DNA from: Antedon mediterranea
Lineage: Eukaryota; Animalia; Echinodermata
Length of the DNA: 64,000 nt
Direction of reading: 5' to 3'
NCBI RefSeq assembly: GCF_964355755.1
Contig: NC_092673.1
Coordinates: 24,487,648 to 24,551,647, forward strand
In this document: one piece after another, positions 26,636-40,139 of the stretch
How the letters are laid out: each line of letters starts with the position of its first letter
Position numbering within the stretch: position 1 is the stretch's first letter
Notes under the pieces: model-generated
The model's input: only the letters and a program-made list of their open reading frames with translations
Database searches by the model: none
Told to the model about the DNA's origin: nothing
Program-made: the position numbers and the translations under genes

Positions 26636-29600
26636 TTAGTAAACATCATCAGTGAACTCCTTGCCTCCCATAGTAGTATTGTGGTATGTGTGCATCTGCC
26701 AGGCCTGTGTTCGGTTAGCCTGAATCGCTGGTCCCCAATTAGCTGTAGGTCTGCTGATTGTCCTCCAACGCTAATTAGGAACAAATTAGTAAAATTAATT
26801 GATTTGTTAATTATTACTTAATGCACTTAATCAGAAATACAGTAGATAGCCTATATAATGTTAATGCTGTGTTGCAACGTATACTGCGATGCAATGTTTT
26901 AAAAGTCAATTCAAAGATATAAAATTAAGAGTAAGGAGTACAGGTATAACACCCTTTATATAATTGGCCAGAGCAACACATGATGAACATAAAACATTGC
27001 TGAAAGAATAAGAATAAAGTAGCAGCGACACTGGAAAGGAAAGAGGTCACCAACAGGAATAAACAGGAAAGATATTCAGAAGAAGAACGCAATTCAGGGT
27101 AAAAGATATTCCTGAGAAGAAAGTAATACAGAGGAAAGCAATCAGAAGAAGCACATTGGAAGAAGAGATAGCAGAGAAAGATGAAAAGAGAAGAGAATGA
27201 AGAGATTGTTATGAGAATAAAGATATATCACAGAATGAAAGTAATTTAAAGAAGAGATACTAGAGAAAGAACCTGGTTAGAGGGAACACACGATTTAGAG
27301 GAAGAAAGAAATTATTATGGGAATAAAGATATACCACAGAATGAAAGTAATTTAAAGGAAGAGATACCAGAGAAAGAACCTGATTTAAGAGGAAAAACAA
27401 GATTTAGAGAAAGAAATAGAGAAGAGGATGGAAGAGATTTTTATGAGAATAGAGATATACCAGAGGATGAAAGTAATTTAAAGGAAAAGATACCAGAGAA
27501 AGAACCTGATTTAGAAGAGAAAACAAGATTTAGAGAAGAAAATAGAGAAGAGGATGAAAGAGATTTGTATGAGAATAAAGAGATACCAGAGGATGAAAGT
27601 AATTTAAAGGAAGGTTTCCCAGAGAAAAAACATGATTTAGAGGGAACACTGAGAAAGAACTTTATTAGAGAGAACACAAGATTTAGAGAAAGAAACAGAG
27701 AAGAGGATGAAAGAGATTGTTATGAGAATAAAGAGATACCAGAAGATGAAGCATTTCAAAGGAAGAGATAGATGGAGAACGTGGTTCAGATATACACCAG
27801 AAGAACCGAAATACTTACTTGGACAATGCTTCCACTAGCTTTGATGAACTCGTATAACATAACCAAGGGAATGAAAATAAGAGTAAGCCCAATTGTAATC
27901 CAGCCAACCACACGTCCCCACACTGGATATAATTCGTCGTTGTATGTTGGCTCACTCCAATTCATCCAATTGTACAGTAACACAAACTGAAAACAAATAT
28001 TATAGTTTTTACATAAATTCGTTCTCAAACACAATTTTGTATGCACAATTATAATAATTAAGAGCTCAAGCTAGTAATTTTCTTCTAGTTTTACTATAAT
28101 ATCGTTGATTATAAGGTTTTAAGCTCTGTCTACACTATCAAACTTTATGTAACAAACAAAACATTGCTAAATAACCCATCACCCAAGATCATAGTTTTAA
28201 CCTAATGGTTTGTTTAGATAATTGATAAATAACAGAATGAGAACGATAACGATAACCAACAAGTTGACATTTACGGCCTAGTCCAGTTTTGCATCAACTG
28301 TGTATGGTACATACATAAACAATTAATATATTATCGTTTTGTTCTAAATAAAATTACTTACGAGAAGCAAAGATGGAGAAATAACTGTCCAGTTCAATTG
28401 CCACCAGAAGAACATTGGGAAGTTGTAAACGCAGGAATCCCCAAGCATCGATCTGATGTCATTTGTAAATCGCTTAATGCCATACACCCACGAGATGGCA
28501 ACAAGCTCAAGGAGGCCAAACATGATCAAGCCGATACTTGGCGCGTAAGAATCGATCAGAGAAACCCAGTAAGCTCCTGCCCTGGTGACACAAATAAGAC
28601 CAAGGACAAAACCAATCAAACAAACGAAGAATGTAACCAAAGTCTTATTCTTTTGCAAGTACTTGGGGCAACTGTCGCATATAGCTGTAACAACCGTTTC
28701 GATAATCACCATCTACAAAAAAAGTCAAGTATATTACCATCTATAAACTGAAGGAAAAAATATAAACATAGCTAACCAAGAATCTGTTTTCGTGCCGAAA
28801 GGCAGTGTATACCTATCTGACATAGTAGGAATAAAACTGTCAAAATGGCATGGGGTTAAACGGAAATATGGCAGCACTCGAAATGAAGGGAAAGTTGCGG
28901 TATGTGCCGCCCGCGATTTTTTTTTTCGTACATAAGTTGGGGACCCCATCATGAAACGTCACAAAATAAACATGAATAATTCATCAGTTAAATTTTCTTG
29001 TTCCGTGTGCACCCAAAGCGTATAGCAACAAGAAGTGATTACACAAGTTACACGGAGTTTGTGTGGATTGTCGAAATAATCAGCCTTTAGTTTATGGTGT
29101 TTTTAATATAGTTTATTACTAAAGAATTACGTGTTAAAATTATAGTTTTTATTGATACTATTAGGCCTAATTACTAGTCTCTAAACCCCTGTATATTCTA
29201 GTAGTAGCTGTGTGGGTACGGTGTGTGTGACTTGTGTCTTTGGGCTATGTCCAATTACTACTTATTTTAATGTTTTGCCTAGCTGTCGATTAGCCTCGAC
29301 ACATTTTGCATAGTGGTGTGTGTGAAGAAGAGTGCGCGAAGGCAATCACGTGAATTGACCTAGAATCCTAGGTCTATTATTGTAGAAAGAATCGTATCGC
29401 AGTTGTTGTTCCGTGTGCACCCAAGCGTTCTTGGACATAGCCCAAAGAAAGCTTAGACCCACAAGAATAAAGAATGTGTATAATTTGTGTACTGTATTTT
29501 TTTAATTCTGCTATCAATTATCAAACAATATGCAATGTACTCAAAGGAACTTTAAAAATGCGCGTATATGAACACATGAGATGGGAAGATTTGACCCACG

Positions 29601-32600
29601 AGAATAAAAAATGTATTTTTGTGTAATGTTTATTGTTTAATTTTGCTGACTTATTACTCGGATTGTGTCATACCAAAGATAGTGTAACTATCTTTGGTCA
29701 TACCTAACACACACACACGTCACACACATCCACACAGCTACTACTAGAATAGACATGGGTTTAGAGACTAATAATTAGGCCTAATAGTATTAATAGAAAC
29801 TATAATTTTAACACGTAATTCTTTAGTAATAAATTATATTAAAAACACCATAAACTAAAGGCCGATTATTTCGACAATCCACACAAAACGCCGCTATTCT
29901 TCAACAGCGGAGATAGGCCTAGAATCGTACCGCACTTGTGTAATCACTTCTTGTTGCTATACGCTTGGGTGCACACGGAACAAGAAAATTTAACTGATGA
30001 ATTATTCATGTTTATTTTGTGACGTTTCATGAGGGGGTCCCCAACTTATGTACAAAAAAAAAATCGCGTGCCGCCCACACATGTGCACAATTCAGCCCAG
30101 TACGCTGAAAGTTGCAGGTTATTCCCCATTCACAAATCTTACCTGGCTGTCCATTCCCAGTGTAATCAACATCAAGAAAAATATGATAGCCCAAAAGGTA
30201 GATCCTGGAAGAAGCGACAATCCCTCTGGATACGCAACAAACGCCAATCCAAATCCTACGAAAAATAAATATTAAATTTAAACATGTTTAGCAATTTCAC
30301 CAAGCTAAAAATTGCTTTCTCTGTATACATCATTAAGGTAAATTGACACAGACAAGCGGTAGCGGTAATAAAGATTGATACATATTCCACATGGGACAAT
30401 CTACGCGGTTTTCCGCTTACCATTACCGCTCGTCTGTGTAAATTTGACAGTTGAATTTAATCTCTGATTTCGTGAGTGTAAGTAATTTGTGCATTCCGGA
30501 TAAAGTATACTTGGATAAAAATATATCAATATGCAACATCATGGAGCATCTCTTGGGAAGTCGTTGAATCTATAGTTGAAGTCCTACAAAAACCGACCGT
30601 TCATTCATTGTGGTATATATATATTTCTGCTTATACAACCCCATGAAAAGCTACATGAAATATGTTATCAACATACCAGAATCAACAACATCTGGAACTG
30701 CTTTTCCCTGTTCTTTAGCAACGTGGCCAAGTACGGAGAAAATTGCGAAACCAGCAAATATACTAGTGGCACAGTTTGCGATTGAAACAAAGACTGAATC
30801 ACTGGAATAAAGAAGATACAACATTTTATTTTCTCGCAAATTATCTAGAGAATGGCTTGTAACTTGAACAAATATAGTGCAGTATATTTAAAAATGACAC
30901 CACCTAAAACATAAGAAGCGACCATTATTAATATATATCATAATAATAGTGAGTTAATAGAAGGCCTCTCAAGTCAGCTGCTGTCGTACAGTTACACTCG
31001 TATAACAAAATAAATAAAATGTTTGTGAATATTAGCCTGTACGCGTTAGAAATTGTTACATATCGCACATTGCGACAACGCAAAGATGAGAAAACATTTC
31101 TATTTGCGATGACCATGGTGCTAGTTCATGTGCCATTTTCGTTGTCTGTGCTTGTGGGGATACGTTTATGTCCTAGGTTGTCGAAAAATATAAAGATTTC
31201 TACTTTAATGTAGACATATACTGATTCTACTATAGTAATACTCACAAATAACCATTGTTGTGAAATCGATTGTATGAAGAAAGTGTGACCAAACCGCCCC
31301 AAGCAGCACTGAGAGAGAAGAAGATCTGTGTAGCTGCATCAAGCCATACCTACAGAGAATAAATATAGGCCTATGTTTTTACATATTTTTATTAGATGAC
31401 TTTTTAACATTATCTATCAATATCAGTCAAATTATAAATTTATACAGTATTTTTTCTAACTACTACCTTAATTGTGTTTTAGAAAACACTGCATGTTAAC
31501 AAATCATAACAAATTTAAATTATTGTGTATGAACTAACTGAACGGTACACGATGTGAGAACCTCAGTAATTCGGCAACTACCCCATCCGATCAGTAATGT
31601 GTGTAATCTGTGTTTAATTCTTCTGATTACGCATCTTGAAGAAATCCGGCAAATTTCACCCGTGTTCAGAATTACAGAAGTTTCTTACGGGGGAAATGTC
31701 AAACTGGTCCATAAGATACATATACGTTTGAGCCCAAAATCACTATTTTACTAACCTGTGGAGTTGTAATATCATCCCATTCAGGCTTAATGAAGAAATC
31801 AATTCCGTCACCTGCGCCATCGAGTGTCACACCACGAATAAAAAGGGCCAGCAACACAGCATACGGGAATGTCGCAGTGAAATAAACAACCTAAAAAACA
31901 CGTGAATCCTTATATTTATTCAAATTAATTTTTTTGTTAGTATTTTTGATGATTTAAAGTAATTATAATAGAACTTTTAGACGAAATCTAACGAACTCAT
32001 TTGACGTCATACCTTTCCAGATGATTTCACTCCTTTGACAAGACTTAAAAAGACAAGAATCCATGCCAAAAGCAGACAAAGAACAAGTTCCCAAACAAGT
32101 CCACCTGTATCGTTCATTGATTCGGATTCTTGCAACACACCACGTCTGAAAACAACCAAAGAAATACGATTAGACTTCGTATTAATTGATTTCGAAATAT
32201 TTGATTTACCTACGATTTGTCAGTGAAACTGGAAGTACCTACTGCGCCTGTGTGGCTATTTGAACATCTCTGTGAACCAAACTTTAACACGATTAGTATA
32301 AATTACCGGTAATAGTGGTGCATTTTTAATGCTGGTTTTTGGTTCTTGTAATTATTTTATTTAACAACGTAGGCCTACCAGTATAGTTCTCTTACAAATT
32401 TTCATTGGCATAAAGACATTTTATGGAGCCGACAACATGGAACAAATGGAATGGTTAAAGATAGTTTAGCAAAATACTTACTTCCAATATTCTTCAGTTG
32501 GTCTCTTTCTGTAGTCTGAATACGTATCAATATAATTTGAAGTGTCCCATGTACCGTTTGCATACACGACATTGATCTCTCCCAGTTCGGAATTCGTCAA

Positions 32601-35600
32601 ACCGAGCTCTGTGATATTTTGACACGTTGTCTCTATCATGATTTTGCCAGGTTGACTTAAACACTGTGCGTACTTCAGGGTACAATTTACGGTGTTGAAA
32701 TCGTGATCGCAGTGCTCCCAAGGTAGATTTGATGTGAATGACGCAAACATGTAATATATTGCGTAACAGATGATCACATTGTAATAGATACCGACAAAGG
32801 CTGATGCTATAACCATGCCGAACCCAATACCTGTACATGAAAAAATGTCTTTATTATTATCTCAATACCCTAAATATCCTAACTATTTTTTAGAATCAAG
32901 GAACATGTTGCGTCCTACAGTCTTCGAGCAATTTCTTAAGCCTATTTCGCCGATTTTGATCGATTTACCTAAACCTTTTCAAACAAACCTCTAAACATAG
33001 GAGAAGCTCTCCAAACAGTGATGGGGCCTTGGCTACTGTACTGGCCGAGACAGACTTCGAAAAAGAAAATCGGCATTCCAGCAAAGAACAACATAACCGC
33101 ATATGGTACCAGGAATGCGCCTAATAATCAGGAAAAAAGAGTATATATGTTATTTATGTTTATTTTTTCCATCAATTTTAGGTCCATATATAACACATTA
33201 AACTTATTTTTGCATAGATTAACATATCTAAAATACTCTTGCTTTTTTGTTCTCAATAATTTTGTTTAGCCTACTCATTAATTTTACTTACCACCTCCAT
33301 TAGAATAAGCCAGGTAGGGAAACCGCCAAACATTTCCCAGACCGACAGCATACCCGAGACAGGACAGAATAAAGTCGCATTTATTAGACCAGTTTCCTCG
33401 GGTTGGATTCTCATCCGAGCCTCCAGTTAGACTCACTTGGTCATCCTAAGAACAAATTAATGTGAGTGGTAAATAAAAGTGTGGTCATATTCCAGTCTGA
33501 TGAAGACATTGTCTGATGAAAACAAGTCAATGACGCAAGATTGGGCCAGTGATTTTTTTCTTTTCTTCTTTTATTAGGCCTAAACTTTGTTTAATGAGGG
33601 TGACTCATAATAGCTAAGGCTGACATGCACGGGGCTCTCAACACTTTTATAAAACGGGAACAATACATACATGAAAAACGAGAAAAAGAATGACAACAAA
33701 TAATGAAAATAAATAAGGCCAATAAATAATTTTGAAAATATATAGAAATACAACAAATGATATCGCTCTTTTAAATATATAAAGTGAAACTTATTTGTCC
33801 ATTTCTTTATATATTGTAATAAAACTTTCAATATCATGCTATTGAGCTTGAATTATAGAAGTGGATCACAGAAATACGGATTGTGCATCAAAGACATCGA
33901 ACATATTTAAAACGGTCCAATAAAAGGCAAACTTATAGTATTTTTATCTGTATTTATATAAAATTTAATTTTTATATTGTTTCAAAGATTATTCTTTAGT
34001 TTCATAAATCTTACTAAAGTTTCCATTTTTTCCTATTTAGACTTTTGATTTAATTAGCCAAATGTGGAATTATTAATGGGATATCTAAATTGGTATGGAA
34101 ATATATGGATGAGGACGGGAATGTATGGATGTTCTGAATGAATAAATAAATAACTATACAACTATCACGTCGTATACCATTGTGTCTTACAGTAGTCATT
34201 CCAAATATCGTACGTACAGCATACATTTGAATTATTTATATATTCATTTCTATCAAACTTAAGAAATCTTATACCAAATAGTTCAGTCTAAATGTATTCT
34301 TCCGTGGTGATACTACACTGACAATCTGTTGACGTAACAATACATTTCACACTTGATTTCTCTTTGAACACTTAAAGCCATTGAACCGAACATCGACAAT
34401 AGGTATACAGAACACCGAGCTCAATCCTTTTGTGGTCGGTACCAATCCCTTAATGACACTTTATAATGTATAATACGTGAAGTAATTTTCTGATTGATCG
34501 TAGGCTAAAATCCAAACAATACTGGATATTATGATCAACTAGTGTTCCCAACATAACATCCACATAGATGAAGAAGCCTCATCTATTATAGTGGACATGT
34601 CTATACTTCGGCTTTTAGTAGATAGAAGATTAAAACTTTTTTGTAACAGAAATTTATTCATATTTCAAATTAATTAAATTTCAGTATATCACTGGTTAGA
34701 AGTAATATACATAATGAATTCTTATTCATAACTGTAATCATAATGCATCTTTAGTATAACAACTATGTTTGTTAGTATACTACATTCGAATGAATGTATA
34801 CACTGTATCTTAGAATTGCCGAATAATATCTTCATTTACTTTATTTTTTAGTTTGAAACTATTTTGTCAGTAAACAATAGAAAATTATAATAGGTATTGT
34901 AGAAAGAAATCAAAAGACAATTGACCGTAGGAAGAAAAAAAAAGATCGCCTGGTACAACTGATGTCATCTGGAAGTTAGAAAAAGAAAGATTTCAACCAT
35001 TAATACTGTAGTAGCTGAATAGTAGCCGACTATGTTATTGATCGAACTCCTACCAGGGAGGTATACAAACAAATATGTCTATACCTCCCTGCTCGAATCA
35101 TCAAGAATACAGATTATACGCTCGAGTGCAAATAAATTAAATAACAAGATAAATATAAATCTGTCCTTTTAATTCCAACAGTGTCACAGTGTTCTCTTCC
35201 ATGGTATTAATTTAGTGTTTCATGCATTTTTATTATTTTCGGACCTCTCTGCGTATCATACGGGTAAAAAATACTCTGGCAAAAGTCATTGTTTGTAGCG
35301 ATTATTTCTGTGCAGGCTTAAGCCGAATACAGTTGGTTTAAGCCGCCATGCTTTAAACATGTTTGAAACCTATGCATTAACCAACAGCTGTTGCGTCATG
35401 ACCGTTAATTACCATCAACATTTTAAAATATATGAAATTATTATTTTACTATTTATAGGCCTATATCATTACTTGAATGATCACATCATAGAAATACAAT
35501 TATCTCCATGATCCCTTACTTCACACATGATAATGAATGGTATTAGCGTCAGACTATTATGTAGACAGTATAATATTGACAATAATGTAGGTAAATCGAT

Positions 35601-35642
35601 AGGAATTTGAATGACAGAAAAGCCTACCCCTTTACTCGCCAT
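26636..35642 (-). CDS. SLC6 Na+/Cl--dependent glycine/amino-acid transporter, GlyT-like, paralog B (canonical copy), 12 coding exons
   Basis: Exons (minus strand): 35642-35628 (MASKG|gtagg, inferred), 33445-33292, 33120-32989, 32830-32482, 32145-32013, 31890-31756, 31349-31246, 30801-30677, 30255-30143, 28712-28362, 27986-27819, 26770-26636 (TAA). Internal exon sizes match paralog A except exon 10 (351 vs 345 nt). Motifs: [23 protein letters not shown], and [20 protein letters not shown] (GlyT2-type TM6). Confidence 0.92.
27000..27780. repeat. Purine-rich degenerate tandem repeat (~120-bp period) in the last intron of SLC6-B
   Basis: Recurring units gagataccagag, gaaagtaatttaaagg, gatttagag and tatgagaataaag. 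Confidence 0.8.
28905..30078. mobile_element. ~1.17-kb non-autonomous DNA element/MITE with ~330-bp terminal inverted repeats (SLC6-B intron 9)
   Basis: Left arm cgcgattttttttt..gtacataagttggggacccc.tcatgaaacgtcacaaaataaacatg...tagtagtagctgtgtgg is the reverse complement of ~29725-30070. No ORF. Absent from the homologous intron of paralog A. Confidence 0.85.
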
Positions 35643-37424
35643 ATTTGCAGCTCCGCCTTGTATGTTTATTTCTTGCTACCAACACAGAAAGATTGACGAG
35701 ATGAAAAGCAGTGAAAACTTCACTTCGACGGGTGTAAAACCTCTCCAAACTCTGTCAACTGGGTTGGGTTTCGGTAGTGCGACACAGAAGGAGTGATTCA
35801 CCTCTATTCACCGTACTGAAAATAATTGTTCTTTATTTCTGCGCAACGACTCATGCAATTCACTGTTATGCTAATTGTATTGTTTACGTGGATTAGAGGG
35901 ATACAATTCAATAGTCATATTTATTGGTTTTATGTTTGAAAAGAACATGTATTTGAACTGTCACCAGTTAGCATGGCTACTGGCGTACTTCTTGAACCTG
36001 GAGTAGTGCACTTACCTAGTGGCTTACGAAGATTACATTAATGTGCCTAGGCTACGATGATAATTATTACACAACTAATGTCGAAATATTGCGTGTATTC
36101 ATTCTTATTGTAAATCTTAATTTTTATTACTATTATTATTAGTATCTGACGCATTAAGTTAAAAAAATAAAATGGAACTACTGTACTTTACATTTACTGT
36201 ACAGCCTATTTAAATATTTAAATTTGAATCTAACACCGTTATACATTTTTTTTATCATCAAACAACATACATTACAATATATTGTAAACAGCGCATGATG
36301 GCCCTACACGGACTGAGGTAAAACATAACAATCTTTTTACCTCTATATGGACAGGACAGGAGGAAACTTTCTCTGAAATCGGAGATCTCTATTCTTAAAC
36401 TTTTGTAAAGTGACAACATGTGTTTTGCTGAAAAGTGTGCGAATTTGTGATATTTGTTTCTTTAACGATTTCAGTTATTTGTAAAGCAAAACGCTAAAAA
36501 GCAGAATATGAATTGGAGGAATTTCTTTCTTCCATTCCAGTTCCAGTCATCCACTAACAACGATAAAAATACTAAACTATGAAAGGTTTACAAAATTGGT
36601 TTATAAATTGAAGTCACAAAATGAGTTTTATCGTGACAAACAATTCTTGCAATTGTATCGCTATTTATCATCTTGTAGCTTTGTTATAGTCCTATTGTGG
36701 GGTCTTTTTTGTTATTGCACACAAAAGCAGCTTAAGTTATAGTGCACTTCTGAACCTTGGAAGAACACGTTGGAATGTCGGGTTTATTTAATATGATTAG
36801 GCCTATCAATAGTGGATATGACCCGACATTTTTCACTTCCTTTTTGGTTTGGTTTCATTTTTTTTTTCTATTTTGGCTATAATAAGCCTACTGAGCTGGA
36901 AATTTATTCTTCATTTTGTTAAACAAAGTACAGAATAACAAATATACTACGCAAAAATAAAAAATATTGCATATAAAAATATATAAAATACAACAAAATA
37001 ACCAATGATTGGCTGGTATTCGGGCCGGTACCCTTTGCTGCCATGAAAGGGTGAGTATTCGTAAAACTAACGTTTTATTTGAATAAATTGTTATAAAAAA
37101 GTAATTGAAAGAGATCCTATTTATTCAAATTGTTCGTAAAGGTTTTTAGGGGGTGGGGCGTTTATTTTTGGGTGTAAATGGTATCATCAAAAAATTCCTC
37201 TAGTATGAAGAAATGCAACACAATTAATATTAAGTGGTCTATAATCTATGTAGAGGGCGTTTTATTCCTTAGTTTTTATTTACAGGGGGCGCTCTTTCCG
37301 GGCTTTAAATTTCTCAACACATGAGGTATATTCAGAGCGTCATTTCGACGATCGAGCATTCTCTACTTCTACGGAGCGCCATTTATGCCTTTATTTACTT
37401 CCGAAATAGAAATAGTACTACGGT

Positions 37425-38001
37425 AACTTGTTCAGTGGACCAAATTTAGCACCAGTGGGGAACAGTGATATCAAATAGAAATAAGTCACTAATTTTAATA
37501 TCTTTTCGTATGTTAATACAATGTGCTCAAGTGGACCCAATTTGGAGCCAGGGGAGCATAGTGATATAAAATAGAAATAATTAGTCACTGAATTTTAATA
37601 TCTGTTCGTATGTTAATACACACTGTACTCAAGTGGACCCAATTTGGAGCCAGGGGAGCACAGTGATATAAAACAGAAATAAGTCACTGAATTTTAATAT
37701 CTTTTCGTATTTTAATACACTTTGCTCAATTGAACCCTATTTGGAGCCAGAGGAGTACAGTGATATAAAATAGAAATAAGTCACTGAATTTTAATATCTT
37801 TTCGTATTTTAATACAATGTACTCAAGTGTACCCAATTTGGCACCAGGCGAGCACAGTGATATAAAATAGAAATAATTCACGGAATTTTAATATCTTTTC
37901 GTATGTTAATACACTGTGCTCAAGTGGACCCAACTTGGAGCCAGTGGAGCACAGTGATATAAAATAGAAATAAGTGACTGAATTTTAATATCTTTTCGTA
38001 T
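37425..38001 (+). repeat. Subterminal ~97-bp tandem repeat x6; inverted copies at 41628-41900 (x3) and 46638-46725 (x1)
   Basis: Unit gtgctcaagtggacccaatttggagccaggggagcacagtgatataaaatagaaataagtcactgaattttaatatcttttcgtatgttaatacact, containing the internal IR cactgtgctc/gagcacagtg. Confidence 0.9.
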
Positions 38002-38104
38002 TAAAGCATATTTGAATACCTACCGGTATGGTACCATAGATGTTCGACAATACAGTGTCACATATCTCTATTTAAAAAAAAAAACAATATTCAAAAAAAT
38101 AATA

Positions 38105-38168
38105 TCCGTCGAGGTTTGAACCCCAGCCGATAGCACTCAAAACTGAGCATTACCCGTTACGCCACCAA
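38105..38168 (-). pseudogene. tRNA-like Pol III cassette (A and B box); second copy at ~39881-39942
   Basis: Minus strand reads ggTGGCGTAACGGgtaatgctcagttttgagtgctatcggctggGGTTCAAACCtcgacgg, followed by T-runs. The cloverleaf is incomplete. Confidence 0.55.
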
Positions 38169-38266
38169 GTACATGACTAAAAAGCTGATAATAGTCTATT
38201 TATACGTGTATTACGTAATTGACCATTACGTCATAAATATCCTATTAACCTTCTTAAAACCAAAAT

Positions 38267-38339
38267 GATCAGTTAGCTCAGTCGTCTGAGCGTCGTGTTA
38301 ACAACACGTATGTCGTGGGTTCGATTCCCACGCTGGTCG
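38267..38339 (+). tRNA. tRNA-like gene/pseudogene, anticodon AAC (Val) on an Ile-like body
   Basis: 73 nt that fold by hand: acceptor GATCAGT/GCTGGTC, D stem GCTC/GAGC, anticodon stem (T)CGTG/CACG(T) with loop TT-AAC-AA, T stem GTGGG/CCCAC with loop TTCGATT. It lacks the D-loop GG and has a T-T mismatch, so it is probably a pseudogene or SINE head. Confidence 0.5.
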
Positions 38340-40066
38340 GTGGAATAGAGTTAAGGCTATGCGAGCCACTGTGTTTGGGGTTCACAGATCATACGTCCCC
38401 CTTTCCACCACACATCATGAGGCGACAACATCAATGCATCTGGTGATGTGGTGGAAACGACCCCAAAAGGCTGTGGCAGGGCCTTAGTGCTGAGGCAGGG
38501 AGAGCACATTTACCATCTTTTTTTTTTTGCTCTTGCCAACTGCTTTGATGGTATAAATTTTATGTTTAGCGCCCTCAATTTATTTTAATGTTATAAAAGG
38601 GAATTAATTCTTTTCGTTACGTGTTTAGAAGAGAATTAATTTTATCTCATCGTAGTTTGGTATGCCGTGGGTTTGTTATGCAAATGAGTGTGCACATGTG
38701 CTGTGGGAAAGGTGGTATTGTTAGTTATTCGCGACCAACACACAACACAATTTTTATTTTGTTAATCTTTTACATTAGAATTGTAATTCTACCGTTACAC
38801 ATTATAGTGTATTTTTAAATATCCGTTTTATGCAAGATATTGTATTGTAGGCCTACTAATATGTTGTGAATAAAAGTTTATGGCAGAATAAATAAATAAA
38901 TAAATAAATATATTTTAAGGAGATCTTCGAAATTGAAGCATATATGAAGTCGAGTTTTTTTTAAACCCAGCCTAAAATTCGCATCTGGATAGTTGAAATT
39001 TAACATTATAATTATCAAAGGTGATATGATAAATCTAATTGTTTTCTAAATTATAGAAATATTAAAATGAGTAAGTAGGCTTTTGTGTGCTAGCTCTGTT
39101 TATATTTCATAATTTTGTTTTGTCGAATTACCGTCACGGCCGCGTGCATTGCATTTCTCACACTTGGGAAACAATCACCGTTGTATGGCTGGTCCTGAAG
39201 ACTTTTATATTTCGTTTCATAATTTCCGGGGACTCCGCTTTCATTCTTAGCTCTGGCCCAACCATGGTGAGCTTAACTGGAGACTTAATATTTAATTTCA
39301 TATTTCAATAAATATTTTTTTCAAAATTGTCTTGGCTCAGCCCCAATCATGGTGGGGTAGTGAAGACTCTTATATATCATGTTTCAAAATACAATAGGTG
39401 TCATTTCTGGGGACCTTGTAGCTATTTTAAACAGTTTGGTAAGCCCTGCGTTGTTATGCAAATGAGTTTGTGCAGGTGTAATGGGGAAGATGGTATTGTT
39501 AGTTCTACGCGGTGAACACGCCACAAAATTAAATTTAAAAGTAAAATTTTGATTTTGTTAATCTTTATTAGAAATTCAAATCATGTAAAGATACAATTTT
39601 CCGGGCGGGAATCTAGAAACCCCCCTCCTTTAGTTTACAGAATTAGTAATCTTGAAAAGAACCCCACGTGGAAAAGAAGATTATCCGTTGAAAAGAAGCC
39701 ACCGTACCCAAGAGTACTAAAAAATGAGGAACATTCGGGGTGTTATGGTGCCTATCTAATGGAAAAATGAATGTCATACACTTTTGATTATGATTTAAGG
39801 TCCACTTGCCTAGGCCTGACATTTTCAACCCTCCAAATATCTCTCTTTAAAAAAAAAACAATATTCATAAAAAGAAATATCCGTAGAGGTTCGAACCCCA
39901 GCTGATACCATTCAAAACTGAGCATTACCCGTTGCACCACAAACTGAAACATGACTGAACAGCTGATAATTGTCTATGTATACGTGTATTACGTAATTCA
40001 TCATTACATCATAAATATTCTATTAACCTTGATAAAACCAAAATGATCAGTTAGCTCAGTCGCATG

Positions 40067-40139
40067 ATCAGTTAGCTCAGTCGCCTGAGCGTCGTGTTGA
40101 CAACACGTATGTCGTGTGTTCGATTCTCACGCTGGTCGG
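40067..40139 (+). pseudogene. Second copy of the tRNA-like gene (anticodon GAC, T-stem mismatch)
   Basis: gatcagttagctcagtcgcctgagcgtcgtgttGACaacacgtatgtcgtgtgttcgattctcacgctggtcg, preceded by a 21-bp duplication of its 5' end. Confidence 0.55.

Noticed and set aside
27385-27771. E/K-rich plus-strand ORF as a nested gene
   Set aside because: It is a purine-rich repeat with frameshifts and stops in neighbouring units, antisense within an intron.
16311-35642. SLC6 duplication as an assembly artefact (uncollapsed haplotypes)
   Set aside because: The introns are largely unalignable, carry different TE insertions, and the exons show many substitutions. This indicates a real, old tandem duplication.
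36290-36600. Possible decayed transposase or LINE remnant on the minus strand
   Set aside because: Only vague motif resemblance with stops in all frames; cannot be supported without a search.
37425-38001. Regularly spaced repeats resembling a CRISPR array
   Set aside because: Whole ~97-bp units are repeated with no unique spacers, there are no cas genes, the context is eukaryotic, and inverted copies mark them as subterminal TE repeats.
38400-38510. Hammerhead ribozyme in the body downstream of the tRNA-like gene
   Set aside because: It has ctggtga..gaaac, but no intact CUGANGA core with a proper stem II.
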